Source: Candidatus Cloacimonadota bacterium (GTDB taxonomy: Bacteria; Muiribacteriota; UBA6191). Taken from it: a stretch of 64,000 nucleotides of DNA. The position numbers and the translations under genes were made by a program. The stretch is taken from the NCBI GenBank assembly GCA_023954715.1, contig JAGSHD010000001.1, positions 364,468 to 428,467 on the forward strand, read 5' to 3'. Numbering within the stretch: position 1 is the stretch's first letter; each line of letters begins with the position of its first letter. Under the pieces are notes generated by a model. The model was not told the origin of the DNA. It saw only the letters and a list, made by a program, of their open reading frames with translations, and did not search any database. This document shows positions 20,709 to 31,733 of the stretch, one piece after another.

Positions 20709-21603
20709 TGGTAATTATCTAAAGTATTTTTATTGGACAGTCAAAAAAGGCTCAACAAAAAAAGCGGGAGCCGAGTGCCATAAAACTCAGTCTGCTATCT
20801 CACAAGCCATCTCAAAGTTGGAGCACTCTTTAGATACAACTCTACTCACTCGATATAGTAATAGTTTTGAACTCACTAACGAAGGTAAAGAGTTATTTAT
20901 TTTTGCAAAAAACTATATTGAGAGTTACAACGATCTTCAAAACAAGCTGAACGCTCCTAAAGTTCAAAAACCAAAGCTACGAATCGGAATCAGTAAAAAC
21001 TATGAAGATAAAGTAAACCTTTTAATACGAGATTTCATAAAGGAGTACGTATCTTATGAGTTAATCATAGAAGCATTGGATGGAGATATCATTCGAAAAC
21101 GTTTTTCTGAAGGAAAGTACGATCTTATTTTTGGAATCAATTTTGAGGCAGATGACCGAATTCCAACCAGTGCTTTTGAACATAACTCACTCCCCTTATT
21201 TTATGATAAAATCGGATTATGTGCTCATAAAGATCACCACGAGTTACAGCAAAACTCATCATTAGAAGATCTGTTAAGCTACCCTATGATCCTATCCGAT
21301 CATATTAAAAACGCTCTGACTGTTCAACTAGAAAAAGAATCCCTATCCTTTGAAGTGGCCGTTATTGCAAACAACTCCAAAACCATAGCTTGTTTATTAC
21401 AAGATACAGATTACATTGCCATGTTATGCCAGAGTTCAATTCCTAAAGAGTATAAATCATCCATTCAATATTTCAATGAGCCAAGACTTCAAGTGGAGTT
21501 TCCGATTACTATGAACTACCGAACAGAAAGTGCATTTGGAAGCAGTGAGGCACGAACAAAGTTTGTTGATTTTGCTGCGTCTAATACCCAAATTTTTAGA
21601 TAG
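20701..21603 (+). CDS. LysR-family transcriptional regulator
   Basis: 300 aa. The N-terminal wHTH reads YLKYFYWTVKKGSTKKAGAECHKTQSAISQAISKLEHSLDTTLLTRYSNSFELTNEGKELF, followed by a substrate-binding domain. Confidence 0.75.
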   Translation: MINGNYLKYFYWTVKKGSTKKAGAECHKTQSAISQAISKLEHSLDTTLLTRYSNSFELTNEGKELFIFAKNYIESYNDLQNKLNAPKVQKPKLRIGISKNYEDKVNLLIRDFIKEYVSYELIIEALDGDIIRKRFSEGKYDLIFGINFEADDRIPTSAFEHNSLPLFYDKIGLCAHKDHHELQQNSSLEDLLSYPMILSDHIKNALTVQLEKESLSFEVAVIANNSKTIACLLQDTDYIAMLCQSSIPKEYKSSIQYFNEPRLQVEFPITMNYRTESAFGSSEARTKFVDFAASNTQIFR

Positions 21604-21703
21604 CTAGACTTTAGTTTTTTTATTTATAAAGTCAGCAATATCTTTTTGTATCTCTGTAGATATATCCACAGGACACAATTTACTTTGAGCAATCTCTTTT
21701 TGA

Positions 21704-22186
21704 TTAATAGTTTCTATGCTCGGTAAATCGATTGATTTTTCTTCTTGAGAAGTGTTTGGGCAAGGGCTTTCGTCTGACTCTGGTGGGTTTAGTGTATTCT
21801 TCATATTCATATACCGCCTCTGGAGCTTGTTTATATCCGCAAATTGGCTCTTTTCTAGTATAATTGATGATTTTTGGAGCGTTTCTTTGAACCGACTTAT
21901 ATTGTTTGTAAACCCGATGACATTCAAGCTCTGCATTTTTAAACTCAGGTACTTCGTATTCCCACTTAGGAAAACTCACATCTCTTAGTGGCTCCCATTT
22001 TGGCTCAAACCACAAATCGTGCACATCTTCTTTTTTGTGATAATACCGTGTCATAGGCATTGCTACTTGATCATCTCCATAGATTATACCATAGCCTTGA
22101 TTTCTTCCTCGAAAGTAGTTATCTCTAGCGCTATAGGTTCCAACGATCAAAAGAAAACTTAATATATATACAGTTTGTTTCATCAT
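21704..22186 (-). CDS. Hypothetical secreted protein
   Basis: The start is chosen at MMKQTVYILSFLLIVGTYSA (signal peptide), preceded by GGAGG. The upstream extension to 22273 in the ORF track is unlikely. Confidence 0.5.
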   Translation of the reverse strand: MMKQTVYILSFLLIVGTYSARDNYFRGRNQGYGIIYGDDQVAMPMTRYYHKKEDVHDLWFEPKWEPLRDVSFPKWEYEVPEFKNAELECHRVYKQYKSVQRNAPKIINYTRKEPICGYKQAPEAVYEYEEYTKPTRVRRKPLPKHFSRRKINRFTEHRNY

Positions 22187-22586
22187 AACTCCTACCTCCG
22201 TAGCTATAATGTAACTACATAAAGGTCTTTTGTGCCTATCTAGAATTGGTTTTATTGCTATACAAAAAACCAAAAATTTATCAAAACTACGTTTTTAACT
22301 AGATGGTTATGAACCCAAAACAGGAAAACTATTTGCATTTGGGTATAATCTCTAGGAATCGGATAAGTAATTACTAAATTGATAAAAATATCAAAAATAA
22401 TTTTTAGCTTTTTAACAAGAATTTACAAAACTGTGCCCAATCCATGCATATTGTTAAAATCTAGGGTATAATTTAAGATAACCAGCAAGGCCTCTATTAC
22501 AAACAAATGGTAATGTCTGTTCGACAAATACCTTTTAAATATGATCTTTGTTAAAAAGTTTACTCAAATTATAGATTAAGAGGAAC

Positions 22587-22985
22587 ATGAAACTACTAAT
22601 TGTTGATGACGAAACTAAACTACTTTCTTTACTAAAAGAACATCTATCCAACGAGTTCACTATCGAAACCAGTAGTGAAGTACAAACAGCATTTGATATC
22701 TTACAGGATTATGTACCGGACGGAATCATCGTCGACTGGAATATGCCCGATGGTGGTGGTCAACTCTTTATTGAAACACTCAGAGATAAAGAAGAGTACG
22801 ATTATATTCCTATTTTAGTTTTAACTGCTTATGATACATTAATCGTTCATAACCGTGCTATTGAAGCGGGAGCTGATGGTTACTTAGCAAAACCAGCTTC
22901 ACTAGAGCAAATCAAAACGATAGTTCTTGATCTTATCAACAAACAAATGGATGCAAAAAAAGTTCTACAAAATCTTTCTAGTTAA
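22587..22985 (+). CDS. Single-domain response regulator (CheY-like receiver)
   Basis: 132 aa. The acidic pocket is LIVDDE, the phospho-acceptor context VDWNMPDGGG, and a conserved K lies in LAKP. A strong AAGAGGA RBS precedes the start. Confidence 0.8.
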   Translation: MKLLIVDDETKLLSLLKEHLSNEFTIETSSEVQTAFDILQDYVPDGIIVDWNMPDGGGQLFIETLRDKEEYDYIPILVLTAYDTLIVHNRAIEAGADGYLAKPASLEQIKTIVLDLINKQMDAKKVLQNLSS

Positions 22986-22998
22986 ACTCTAAATCTTT

Positions 22999-24015
22999 AT
23001 GAATACAATTTCTCAGGACAGAATCAAGCAAGTTATTCATATTTTACAAAAGCAAGTTCGCCCTACTCCTGTTTTCTCATGGAGTCAGCAGATTAATCAA
23101 AGCATAGACTTTTTAAACTCTTCCCAAGCAAAACAAAAAGTAAAGTTAGACCCCTATTGGCCTAAATGGAGTAGCACTTGGTGGCATGTTTTGAGCTTAA
23201 TCGAAATTAACAAGGTCGATTGCATTCCGCCAAACTCTCTTATAGACCTACATGACAGCATAAAAACTAACATTATTGATTTTTTCCCGCTACTAGAGGC
23301 TGAGTTGACTCCAAAAATCGATCCTTACCGAAACATCATGTGTCATTGTGCACTAGGCACTTATATTCAGATGTGTTTTTATACTAATACTATTGATTTT
23401 ATTCCTCCTTGGATTGAACAATGGTATCTTCAATATCAAATCAATGATGGAGGTTATAATTGCGATGATGAGGCCTATCACAAGTCCCCTCCTAAATCTT
23501 CTCTAGTATCTACTTTACCCATGCTAGAGGCCCTACTCTTGATTGTAAAAAATCCAAACAACATAAAAGACCCTATAGCCTTAGAAAAAGTCTTAGATAA
23601 TGGAGTACATTATTTTTTAGATCGAAATTTACTTGGATCGTCCTCTGATAAAAACACTCCTATTCGTCAAGATTGGTTAGAGTTAAGCTTTCCTAGATTT
23701 TATGAGTTCGATGCTCTTCGTGTACTAAAATTTGCCAATCAATGGGCACAATACAAATCAATCAAACTCCCTGTTAACAAAATATATATGGTTCTAGATC
23801 ATCTATGCACCACTGTGGAGAGTCAAGGCTACTTAAAAGCTGGGGTCCACACTAGTCTCGTAGATAAGCAAAGTTATACTCAACAACAAGACGAGTCCTG
23901 GAAATTTGAACCAGCGAGTCGCTTTTCGCTATTAGATTGTATCGAAGAGCAGCAAGTTTCTTCATATTTTTTAAATTTAGAGTTTCTAAATATTTTAAGC
24001 GACCTACAAGCTTAA
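22999..24015 (+). CDS. Hypothetical protein (338 aa), likely co-transcribed with the CheY-like gene
   Basis: It starts 14 bp after the receiver gene's stop. No recognisable motif. Confidence 0.5.
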   Translation: MNTISQDRIKQVIHILQKQVRPTPVFSWSQQINQSIDFLNSSQAKQKVKLDPYWPKWSSTWWHVLSLIEINKVDCIPPNSLIDLHDSIKTNIIDFFPLLEAELTPKIDPYRNIMCHCALGTYIQMCFYTNTIDFIPPWIEQWYLQYQINDGGYNCDDEAYHKSPPKSSLVSTLPMLEALLLIVKNPNNIKDPIALEKVLDNGVHYFLDRNLLGSSSDKNTPIRQDWLELSFPRFYEFDALRVLKFANQWAQYKSIKLPVNKIYMVLDHLCTTVESQGYLKAGVHTSLVDKQSYTQQQDESWKFEPASRFSLLDCIEEQQVSSYFLNLEFLNILSDLQA

Positions 24016-24354
24016 TATCTCTTTGTTTGTATATATAGCCTACATTTGATACTAGTTTCCTCCTATAAACTATCTATAAAACTTTATAAAAACGTCCTCT
24101 ATTTGACGATAGTTCACTAAAATATTTGTTTCATCGTATTGATTCTGATATATTCCATGCTTGATTTTTACGCTTAAGATATTTAGTACAAAAAAGTCTT
24201 TTGATCCATCAAGATTAAAAGAATTGTAATTCATAATTTTTAATTAATTTTTCTTAAGGACGACCTAGGTTTTGATCAGTCATAAACATAGATTGTTTTT
24301 AAGTAACAACTAAGTAGTCTCTTATTTTGAGACCTTATTAAGGAAGGGAATTCA

Positions 24355-26448
24355 ATGGAACATATTAATATGTACATTCAAGCTGCAGGTGCAGCAGGTA
24401 TATTAGCTTTGATTACAGCTTTTATTCTATCTGGACAAATCAAATCACAAAACGAAGGTAACGACAAAATGGTCGAACTTGCTGGATACATCCGTGAAGG
24501 TGCTAGAGCATTTATCGCTGCTGAATACAAAATCCTAGTTATTTTTGTTTTAGTTTTAACTGCTGTTTTATGGATGGCTATTGGTAAAGCTACTGGTATT
24601 TCTTTTATCGTAGGTGCTGCTTGTTCAATGCTTGCTGGTAAGTTCGGAATGGAAACAGCTACTGCTTCTAATGCAAGAACTGCTTGGGCTGCTAAAGAAT
24701 CTGGTTTAACTCAATCTCTAATGATCGCTTTTAAAGGTGGATCTGTAATGGGTCTTTGTGTTTCTGGATTAGGTTTAATTGGTTTTTCTGCTCTTTTATA
24801 TACATTACATAACTTCATTCCTGCTGAAATCACTGGAGCTGCAAAAATTACTGCTGTACTTTCTGCTATTTCTGGTTTTGGTTTAGGAGCTTCATCTATC
24901 GCATTATTTGCTCGTGTTGGTGGAGGTATCTTTACTAAAGCTGCTGACGTTGGTGCTGATTTAGTTGGAAAAGTTGAAGCTGGAATCCCTGAAGATGATG
25001 CTAGAAACCCTGCAGTTATTGCTGATAACGTTGGTGACAACGTAGGTGATGTTGCTGGAATGGGTGCTGATTTATTTGAATCTTATGTAGGTTCAATCAT
25101 CGCTGCTTGTACTCTTGGATTTGTAGCATTAGGTGCTAAAGGTATCGTTTTACCATTAGTAATCGTAGCTATTGGAGTTGTTTCTTCAATCATCGGAATG
25201 CAATTTGTTTCTGCTAAAGACGAATCAAAAATTCACCAAGCTCTTGAATTTGGTGTAATGGTTGCTTCTGCTTTAACTATCGCTGGTGTTTATTGGGCAT
25301 GTAACAAGTTTGTTGGAGCTGATTTTGCTGCTGCAAATGCTACTTTACCTTACTTTGCTGCTGGTTACACTGGAATGGGAATCTTCAAAGCTGTAGTTGC
25401 TGGTTTAGTAGCTGGTGTTTTGATTGGTAAGATCACTGAATACTATACTGGTACAGATCACAAGCCTGTTCATGAAATCGCAAAGTCTACAATTACTGGA
25501 CCTGCTACTGTTATTATCTCTGGATTAGCTGTAGGTATGGAGTCTGTTGTAGTACCAATCGGTTTAATCTCTGGTGCAATCTTTGTTTCTTTTAAGTATG
25601 CTGGAATGTACGGAATCGCTATGTCTGCTGTTGGAATGCTTGCAACTACTGCTATTACTGTAGCAATCGATGCTTATGGTCCTATCGCTGATAACGCTGG
25701 TGGAATTGCTGAAATGGCTGAACTTCCTCCTGAAGTTCGTGAAATCACTGATAAGTTGGATGCTGTTGGAAATACAACTGCTGCTATCGGAAAAGGTTTT
25801 GCTATTGGTTCTGCTGCTTTAACTTCTTTATCTTTGTTTGCTGCTTTTGCTGCTGCAACTAAAATCGAAGCAATTAACATTATTGATCCTACAGTTGTAA
25901 TCGGATTATTCATTGGTGGAATCTTACCATTCTTCTTTTCTGCACAAACTATGAAAGCTGTTGGACGATCTGCTGAAGATATGATCCAAGAAGTTAGACG
26001 ACAGTTTAGAGAAGACAAAGGAATCATGGCTGGAACATCTAAGCCAGATTATACTCGATGTGTAACTATCTCTACTGAGTCTTCATTAAGAGAAATGATG
26101 TTACCTGGTGTTGTTGCTGTTGTAGTACCTGTTATCGTTGGAAAATTCGTTGGTGTTACTGCTCTTGGTGGGATGCTTGCTGGTACTCTTGTAACAGGTG
26201 TTTGTTTAGCTATCATGATGTCAAACGCTGGTGGTGCTTGGGATAATGCTAAAAAGTTAATCGAAACTGGTGACTTTAAAGATGCTAACGGAGAAATCAT
26301 CACTAAAGGTACAGAAGCTCACAGTGCTGCTGTTACTGGTGATACTGTTGGAGATCCTTTTAAAGATACATCTGGTCCTTCTATCAATATCTTTATCAAA
26401 TTAGTATCAATCGTGTCACTTGTATGTGCACCATTGTTCATCGGATAA
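24355..26448 (+). CDS. hppA: Membrane-bound proton/sodium-translocating pyrophosphatase, K+-dependent type
   Basis: 697 aa with about 16 TM segments. PPase signature blocks [20 protein letters not shown] and [18 protein letters not shown] are present. Ala, not Lys, in GNTTAA marks the K+-dependent subfamily. Codon usage is strongly biased. Confidence 0.9.
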   Translation: MEHINMYIQAAGAAGILALITAFILSGQIKSQNEGNDKMVELAGYIREGARAFIAAEYKILVIFVLVLTAVLWMAIGKATGISFIVGAACSMLAGKFGMETATASNARTAWAAKESGLTQSLMIAFKGGSVMGLCVSGLGLIGFSALLYTLHNFIPAEITGAAKITAVLSAISGFGLGASSIALFARVGGGIFTKAADVGADLVGKVEAGIPEDDARNPAVIADNVGDNVGDVAGMGADLFESYVGSIIAACTLGFVALGAKGIVLPLVIVAIGVVSSIIGMQFVSAKDESKIHQALEFGVMVASALTIAGVYWACNKFVGADFAAANATLPYFAAGYTGMGIFKAVVAGLVAGVLIGKITEYYTGTDHKPVHEIAKSTITGPATVIISGLAVGMESVVVPIGLISGAIFVSFKYAGMYGIAMSAVGMLATTAITVAIDAYGPIADNAGGIAEMAELPPEVREITDKLDAVGNTTAAIGKGFAIGSAALTSLSLFAAFAAATKIEAINIIDPTVVIGLFIGGILPFFFSAQTMKAVGRSAEDMIQEVRRQFREDKGIMAGTSKPDYTRCVTISTESSLREMMLPGVVAVVVPVIVGKFVGVTALGGMLAGTLVTGVCLAIMMSNAGGAWDNAKKLIETGDFKDANGEIITKGTEAHSAAVTGDTVGDPFKDTSGPSINIFIKLVSIVSLVCAPLFIG

Positions 26449-26471
26449 TCTATTGATTTAAGATAAAAGAT

Positions 26472-26510
26472 AGCCCACACTGAAAATTTCAGTGTGGGCT
26501 ATTTTTTTTT
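26472..26510 (+). terminator. Rho-independent terminator of hppA
   Basis: Perfect 13-bp hairpin AGCCCACACTGAA-aat-TTCAGTGTGGGCT followed by a T9 run. Confidence 0.85.
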
Positions 26511-26576
26511 CCTTGCCAAACTAATAACTATTGATACATCTTCAAAAACAAACATTCGTTAATTATCGGAGTCCCC

Positions 26577-27506
26577 GTGGACAATCCAAATCTTCAAGAC
26601 ACATTCAGCCCTACTGTGAACGACACAACCGAACTAACTGAAGTTGAAGATCTAAAGATATATCATCCAATATCCATCAGTAAATTTATTATCCTAAACT
26701 TAGTAACATTTGGTCTATATTCTATAGTTTGGGCTTATAGGTGCTGGCAAAACTTACCAGACCCCGAAGATAAAGTCAGACCATTTTGGAGAGCACTTTT
26801 TTCACATTTGTTTTACTTCGCTCTATATAAGCGAATTTATAAGGGGAAGCACCAAGGTCTAGGAGCTATAATTTTTGTTTGTTATTTGGTTTCTACCATG
26901 TCTTACAAACTCCCAGAACCCTATGATATAGTTAGTCTATTTTCATTTTTATTTCTTATTCCTATTTTGTCTGAAGTAAATCGACAAAATCTAAAGCAAA
27001 CAATTACGCAAAACTCTTCTTACTCTTTTAAACATTTTTTTACCATTATCATAGGTGGTGGACTTTTATTTTTATATGTATGTTCACTATTTCTATTTGC
27101 TCCAAGTACTCAGGTAATCAAAGGGTCAAGACTTGACTCGAATCAACTCTCATTTTTACATACCAACAACTTTTTACTCAAAGGAGATAAGGTTCACTAC
27201 TTTTATACTGACGCAATTTTCTCCATCCAAGAAGAAGGAAACTTTTTTACAGATAAAACAGTTGTTTCTTATATTGAAAGCGAAACTCCTGGTGAGTATT
27301 TATCCAATGTTATTCCATATCAAGAGATAACAGACTTAAGCTTTGAGAGCTCTGATAACTTTATTGAAAATAGTATAATTAAAGTCTCACTACAAGATGA
27401 TACGTTTTTTGAAATTGGAATCTCTAATGAGCTTGGTTTAGACAAAACTTACTTTAACAAACTCCAATCGCTATGGACTAATCACACTCATTCACGAAAA
27501 CAATAA
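26577..27506 (+). CDS. Hypothetical polytopic membrane protein
   Basis: 309 aa with a GTG start and several hydrophobic helices. The C-terminal soluble part has no motif. Confidence 0.5.
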   Translation: MDNPNLQDTFSPTVNDTTELTEVEDLKIYHPISISKFIILNLVTFGLYSIVWAYRCWQNLPDPEDKVRPFWRALFSHLFYFALYKRIYKGKHQGLGAIIFVCYLVSTMSYKLPEPYDIVSLFSFLFLIPILSEVNRQNLKQTITQNSSYSFKHFFTIIIGGGLLFLYVCSLFLFAPSTQVIKGSRLDSNQLSFLHTNNFLLKGDKVHYFYTDAIFSIQEEGNFFTDKTVVSYIESETPGEYLSNVIPYQEITDLSFESSDNFIENSIIKVSLQDDTFFEIGISNELGLDKTYFNKLQSLWTNHTHSRKQ

Positions 27507-27953
27507 CGAACATTTAACTTTACCTTCACTAGAACCCTCTCTGACCTCTTGATTAAGCCATGGCCTAACCCGATAGACTTTTTGTGCTTTTATTCCCTAA
27601 AACTGCTTGTATCAACTTGTCCTGTGATTGGTAATTTATTATGCAGAGTATTAATCGTTGATAAGGAAACACTTAGATTTTAATAGAGATGTGATACAGT
27701 CTCAAATTGAAGATATGTTAAATCCTTAGTCCTTATATCTCTATACCATCTTCGAAATCATCTAGCAATTTCATCTATTTTATTGATCTAAACGAATTTT
27801 AAGAACTACCAATTTACTGGATAATAGACATATTCACTACTAGTTGACTTTCTTTGTGAGTACCTAAAAATTAGAAGTTCATTATTTTATATTTATCAAG
27901 ATTGTGATAAAATGTAATTTAGTTACGTAATAAAGATACATAAGGTATACACC

Positions 27954-28901
27954 ATGGATTATATCTCAAGCTTAGGTATTTTGGCTCTTGGACATAGATT
28001 GAAGATTATCTCTGATAACATCTTAGAGGATACCTCACAATTTTACAAAGATTCAAAAATAAAATTTCGATCAAATTGGTTTCCGTTGTTTACTTTACTC
28101 TTAAAAGAGGAGTCCATTTCGGTTGGTAAAGCTGCCATTTTGTTAAACCAAAGCCATGTCTTTATTTCTCAAACTTCTAAACAAATGATTCAATCTGGTT
28201 TACTCAAAAAAGTAAAATCTAAAAAAGACAGTCGTATTTCTAATTTAAAACTAAGTGAAGAAGGATTAGAGGTTGCACGACAACTAACTCCTGTTTGGCA
28301 AGACATTCACTCTGGGCTATTAGATATTTCTGGCTTTTCTGGAATAGACCTTGAGCAAGTTATATCTCAACTCGAAATCACCCTAAAAGATAATGATCTT
28401 CTTTCTCAAATTCAAATATCCAAAGAGAGGCGTATTTCAGAGGAAATTGAGGTTTTTGAGTATAATAGGTCATATCATAGTGATTTTTACAAAATTAGCC
28501 ACTTATGGATGTCAAAATTATTTGGTGTGAGTCCCCAAGAGCAAAAACTTTTAGAAAATCCTAAAAAATATGTTTTAGATCTTGGTGGTAAAATTTTACT
28601 CGCACGATATAAAAACGAGATCGTTGCAAGCTCTAGTATTGTCCGACTAAGTTACAATCGATATCAATTAACCAAGATTGGTGTCTTAGAAGACTTTAGA
28701 GGACTAAAAATCGGTAAAAAGCTTTTAGCCAAAACAATTGAAAAATGTAAACACTTAGGAGCAAAATCCATTTATCTCCAAACAAGCCAAAAGTGTCCTG
28801 TTGCCACTTCTATGTTTAGAAACTTTGGTTTTACAACAATAAAGCAAACCCTAAGTGATGATCAAGACTATGAGATATCCTTAGAGTTAGATATAAAATA
28901 A
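27954..28901 (+). CDS. MarR-type HTH / GNAT N-acetyltransferase fusion protein
   Basis: 315 aa. The N-terminal winged-helix-like region precedes a C-terminal GNAT motif A, RGLKIGKKLLAKTIEKCKHLGAKSIYLQT. Confidence 0.58.
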   Translation: MDYISSLGILALGHRLKIISDNILEDTSQFYKDSKIKFRSNWFPLFTLLLKEESISVGKAAILLNQSHVFISQTSKQMIQSGLLKKVKSKKDSRISNLKLSEEGLEVARQLTPVWQDIHSGLLDISGFSGIDLEQVISQLEITLKDNDLLSQIQISKERRISEEIEVFEYNRSYHSDFYKISHLWMSKLFGVSPQEQKLLENPKKYVLDLGGKILLARYKNEIVASSSIVRLSYNRYQLTKIGVLEDFRGLKIGKKLLAKTIEKCKHLGAKSIYLQTSQKCPVATSMFRNFGFTTIKQTLSDDQDYEISLELDIK

Positions 28902-29094
28902 TATGGATAGCCTTAGTTAGTACGTCTTTTTCATCAATATAGGCTGTGTAAATAATGCGACTTAGATTGGTAGATTTACCATTAGTTTCACAGGCACGAA
29001 GAAGAGAAATCTAAAGGCATTGTTTAGTTATTTTGCTATCACAACCTCAATCACTAACAGACTAAAAAGTTAAGTTTGTAAGTGACAAAAACAC

Positions 29095-29125
29095 AAAAAA
29101 GCTCCACAAACTGCGGAGCTTTTTT
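29095..29125. terminator. Bidirectional intrinsic terminator between convergent genes
   Basis: AAAAAAGCTCC-acaaactgc-GGAGCTTTTTT, flanked by an A-run and a T-run. Confidence 0.7.
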
Positions 29126-29144
29126 ATCGACTTATCTTAAAGAT

Positions 29145-31538
29145 TTATTCTACTGAGCCATCTTCGTTAGATTGCATTAAATCCATACTCATAACATCCA
29201 ATGGATTTACAGCAGTATCTATTGGGTTACTGGAGTTTTGATCTGACTGCTGTACACAACTCATTAAAGGTGAAGGACATGGAGACTCACTAGTACTTGC
29301 TGAACTGCTAACATTTTGACTAGCCTCTTGTGTACTATCTTCACTTGTGTTTTCTGATTTAGGTATAACTAAATAACTTTTATCTTTTTTAACATAAGCT
29401 TTTTTATCTGGATCATAATGGTAACTTCCTTTTCCGTCACGAAATGCTAAATCAGTATTGCTGACTAAGGCACGAATCATCCACTTGTCTTTGTCATCAT
29501 CTCTTTTGGTCATAACTGTTCCGTTAGACAAAATTCGAAAATTACTACCTTTTAAGCTTCGTAACTCTCCATCTTTAAAATTGAAGGTTGGGTCAGATTG
29601 TATAATTTGAACATCTAGTCCACCTACTTTTTTAATGCTTCCTACCATGACTAATCGATTATTAGAAACAACATCGTAAACGCCTCTTTTACCATAAACA
29701 TCGATAATATCGTAACGAGCGTGAGCTTCATCATCAAATACATCTCCAGTTTTTTCACTTTCTGTTTTAAACCACCAGAAATCACGTTTTTCGTAAAAGG
29801 ATACAGACTCTAAATGATCGACCATGTACATACGCTGTAAACTTTGTTTAGCGTACTTTTTTCGTTTCATCATGTCTCTTGCTCTAGCTTCTGCCATTTC
29901 TTCTAATTTATCTTCATTATGTTTACTAGAAATAGTTGGCATTTTTTTCATCATGTTTAATAGTCGTTTGATTAAGCTTGAGTTTTTCCAGTTTTGAACT
30001 GTCTCAGTGTACATAATTGCTTTAACACCAGCGTAAGCTGCATAACCAACTGCTGCTGCAACAAGTACTGCTGGTAAAGAAACACCCATCAAAGCAATGG
30101 CCACAGCTCCACCAACAGATCCAGCAATTTTAGCTTCTTTGTTATCTGCGTAATCATCCATTACATCTAAAAAAGCAAATTTTCGATCTTGCCAATAACC
30201 CTTATTATCATTTTGTCCGCTAGTACGTTGTGTTCGGTATTGAAAAGACTCCTTGCCGATTTGAACTTCGTCTTTACGTTGTCCTACTGCTAATACGATT
30301 GCAGACTCAACCAATGCCTCAGCTAATATTCCAAAAGCTGTACCAGTCACTGTATGCTTTACTAATGCGCCCAAACCAGCACCAGTCAAAGCATCTTTTG
30401 CATGATGCGCAACATGATGTGTGATTTCACTTCTAGAAACCCACTTCAAGGCTTGTGCAAAACCATGTCTTAATTTACTAATCTTTAACAAGTTTTTACC
30501 TGTTTCACCAGCACGCTTTACAGTTGATCCTAGTCTACCAAACTTACCTTTGTATGAACTGTGAGGTGCAGACTCTGCTGCATCTTCTAGTGCACCCATA
30601 GTGATTTCTTCAAGGATAACAGTAGACATTTTTATCCCGGCTTTTTTACCATAGTATGATCCGTGGTAACCAAGTTTTTCAAGAATTGTTTTACTGCCTT
30701 TACTTTTTGGATTATGCAAAGCAATACCAAGCATTTGTAAGAAGGTTGCATCAGCCATCAATATCTTTTTAAAATTAGAATACTTACCATTAAATAAAAT
30801 AGAGTGGTTGGCATCTTTTACATTAGATAGGTTACACGCTTCTTTGCCATTCGCATCGTAGTAAGGACTAAAAGCCATGATATTTTTTTCAAAAGTAGTT
30901 TTATCTACTCCTCTAGCTGGACGACTATATACTCTCGCGTTATACATAGCTGCAATAAAAGAAATCGCACCGATGTTTCCAGCACCAAGACCATCCACAT
31001 TGTCGATCTTCATCATTCGCTGTAATGCGTTTCCGTCATCTTTTCGCTCTTCCCACCAGTTACTACCACCTAAATAGTCTTTATGTAATAAAACCATTCC
31101 AAAAAACATCTGCATAGTATGGTCATAACCTACAGACTTAACTTTTTGCATTAACTCTGTTTTTTGAGCACTTGAAAGGCGATTAAAAATCTTGGCTCCC
31201 ATTCGAAGGTTAAACTCAGCTTGTACGCCACCACTTTGTTTTTGTAAATTAAATGCCGAGCTCACTTCTTTTAAGTAAGCCTCAGCCAAAACTTTAGCTC
31301 CACGATAAGCTAAAAAGTTTAAAGACATATTATAATCATTTTCGATCATGTCTTCTAACTCTTTTTGTGATTGCTTTGCTAATCTACTAGACTCTTTTTG
31401 ACCTTGAATAATAGCTTCTAGACGGTCAGGATCAATGGATCCAACCTCTTCGCCAGCAAAAGACAAAGCCGGAAAAACTACTGAAAAAAGATAAAAGATA
31501 GTGAAAATTAGGACGGTGCTTCGTTTCAGAAAAAACAT
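29145..31538 (-). CDS. Large hypothetical secreted/membrane-associated protein (797 aa)
   Basis: Signal peptide MFFLKRSTVLIFTIFYLFSVVFPALSFA. An internal Gly/Ala-rich hydrophobic segment is present. The C-terminus is Ser/acidic-rich with several Cys. No catalytic motif recognised. Confidence 0.55.
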   Translation of the reverse strand: MFFLKRSTVLIFTIFYLFSVVFPALSFAGEEVGSIDPDRLEAIIQGQKESSRLAKQSQKELEDMIENDYNMSLNFLAYRGAKVLAEAYLKEVSSAFNLQKQSGGVQAEFNLRMGAKIFNRLSSAQKTELMQKVKSVGYDHTMQMFFGMVLLHKDYLGGSNWWEERKDDGNALQRMMKIDNVDGLGAGNIGAISFIAAMYNARVYSRPARGVDKTTFEKNIMAFSPYYDANGKEACNLSNVKDANHSILFNGKYSNFKKILMADATFLQMLGIALHNPKSKGSKTILEKLGYHGSYYGKKAGIKMSTVILEEITMGALEDAAESAPHSSYKGKFGRLGSTVKRAGETGKNLLKISKLRHGFAQALKWVSRSEITHHVAHHAKDALTGAGLGALVKHTVTGTAFGILAEALVESAIVLAVGQRKDEVQIGKESFQYRTQRTSGQNDNKGYWQDRKFAFLDVMDDYADNKEAKIAGSVGGAVAIALMGVSLPAVLVAAAVGYAAYAGVKAIMYTETVQNWKNSSLIKRLLNMMKKMPTISSKHNEDKLEEMAEARARDMMKRKKYAKQSLQRMYMVDHLESVSFYEKRDFWWFKTESEKTGDVFDDEAHARYDIIDVYGKRGVYDVVSNNRLVMVGSIKKVGGLDVQIIQSDPTFNFKDGELRSLKGSNFRILSNGTVMTKRDDDKDKWMIRALVSNTDLAFRDGKGSYHYDPDKKAYVKKDKSYLVIPKSENTSEDSTQEASQNVSSSASTSESPCPSPLMSCVQQSDQNSSNPIDTAVNPLDVMSMDLMQSNEDGSVE

Positions 31539-31733
31539 AAAAAACCTTTATATATAGAGTCTTTAATACAAAAATAGGGTAAACCCTTACAGTTACTACG
31601 ATTTTTTAAGTAAAATGTTTCTATTTTTATAAATTAATAACTTCTTGAGGATAATAAGCTCAGTATATTGGTTTTTACAATTAGCCAAAGTACATTTTAA
31701 TCTTTACACCTTAGCCTTAAACAAAATAAAACT

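Noticed and set aside
21604-21936. 110-aa minus-strand ORF
   Set aside because: It overlaps the signal-peptide-bearing ORF 21704-22186 by 233 nt in another frame and lacks features. It may still be real in part; it is left uncalled.
22430-22480. Sigma70-like promoter upstream of the CheY-like gene (TTGTTA … TATAAT)
   Set aside because: The hexamers are present but the spacer is only ~10 nt. An alternative TTTACA-N17-TGCATA candidate is weak, so no confident call is made.
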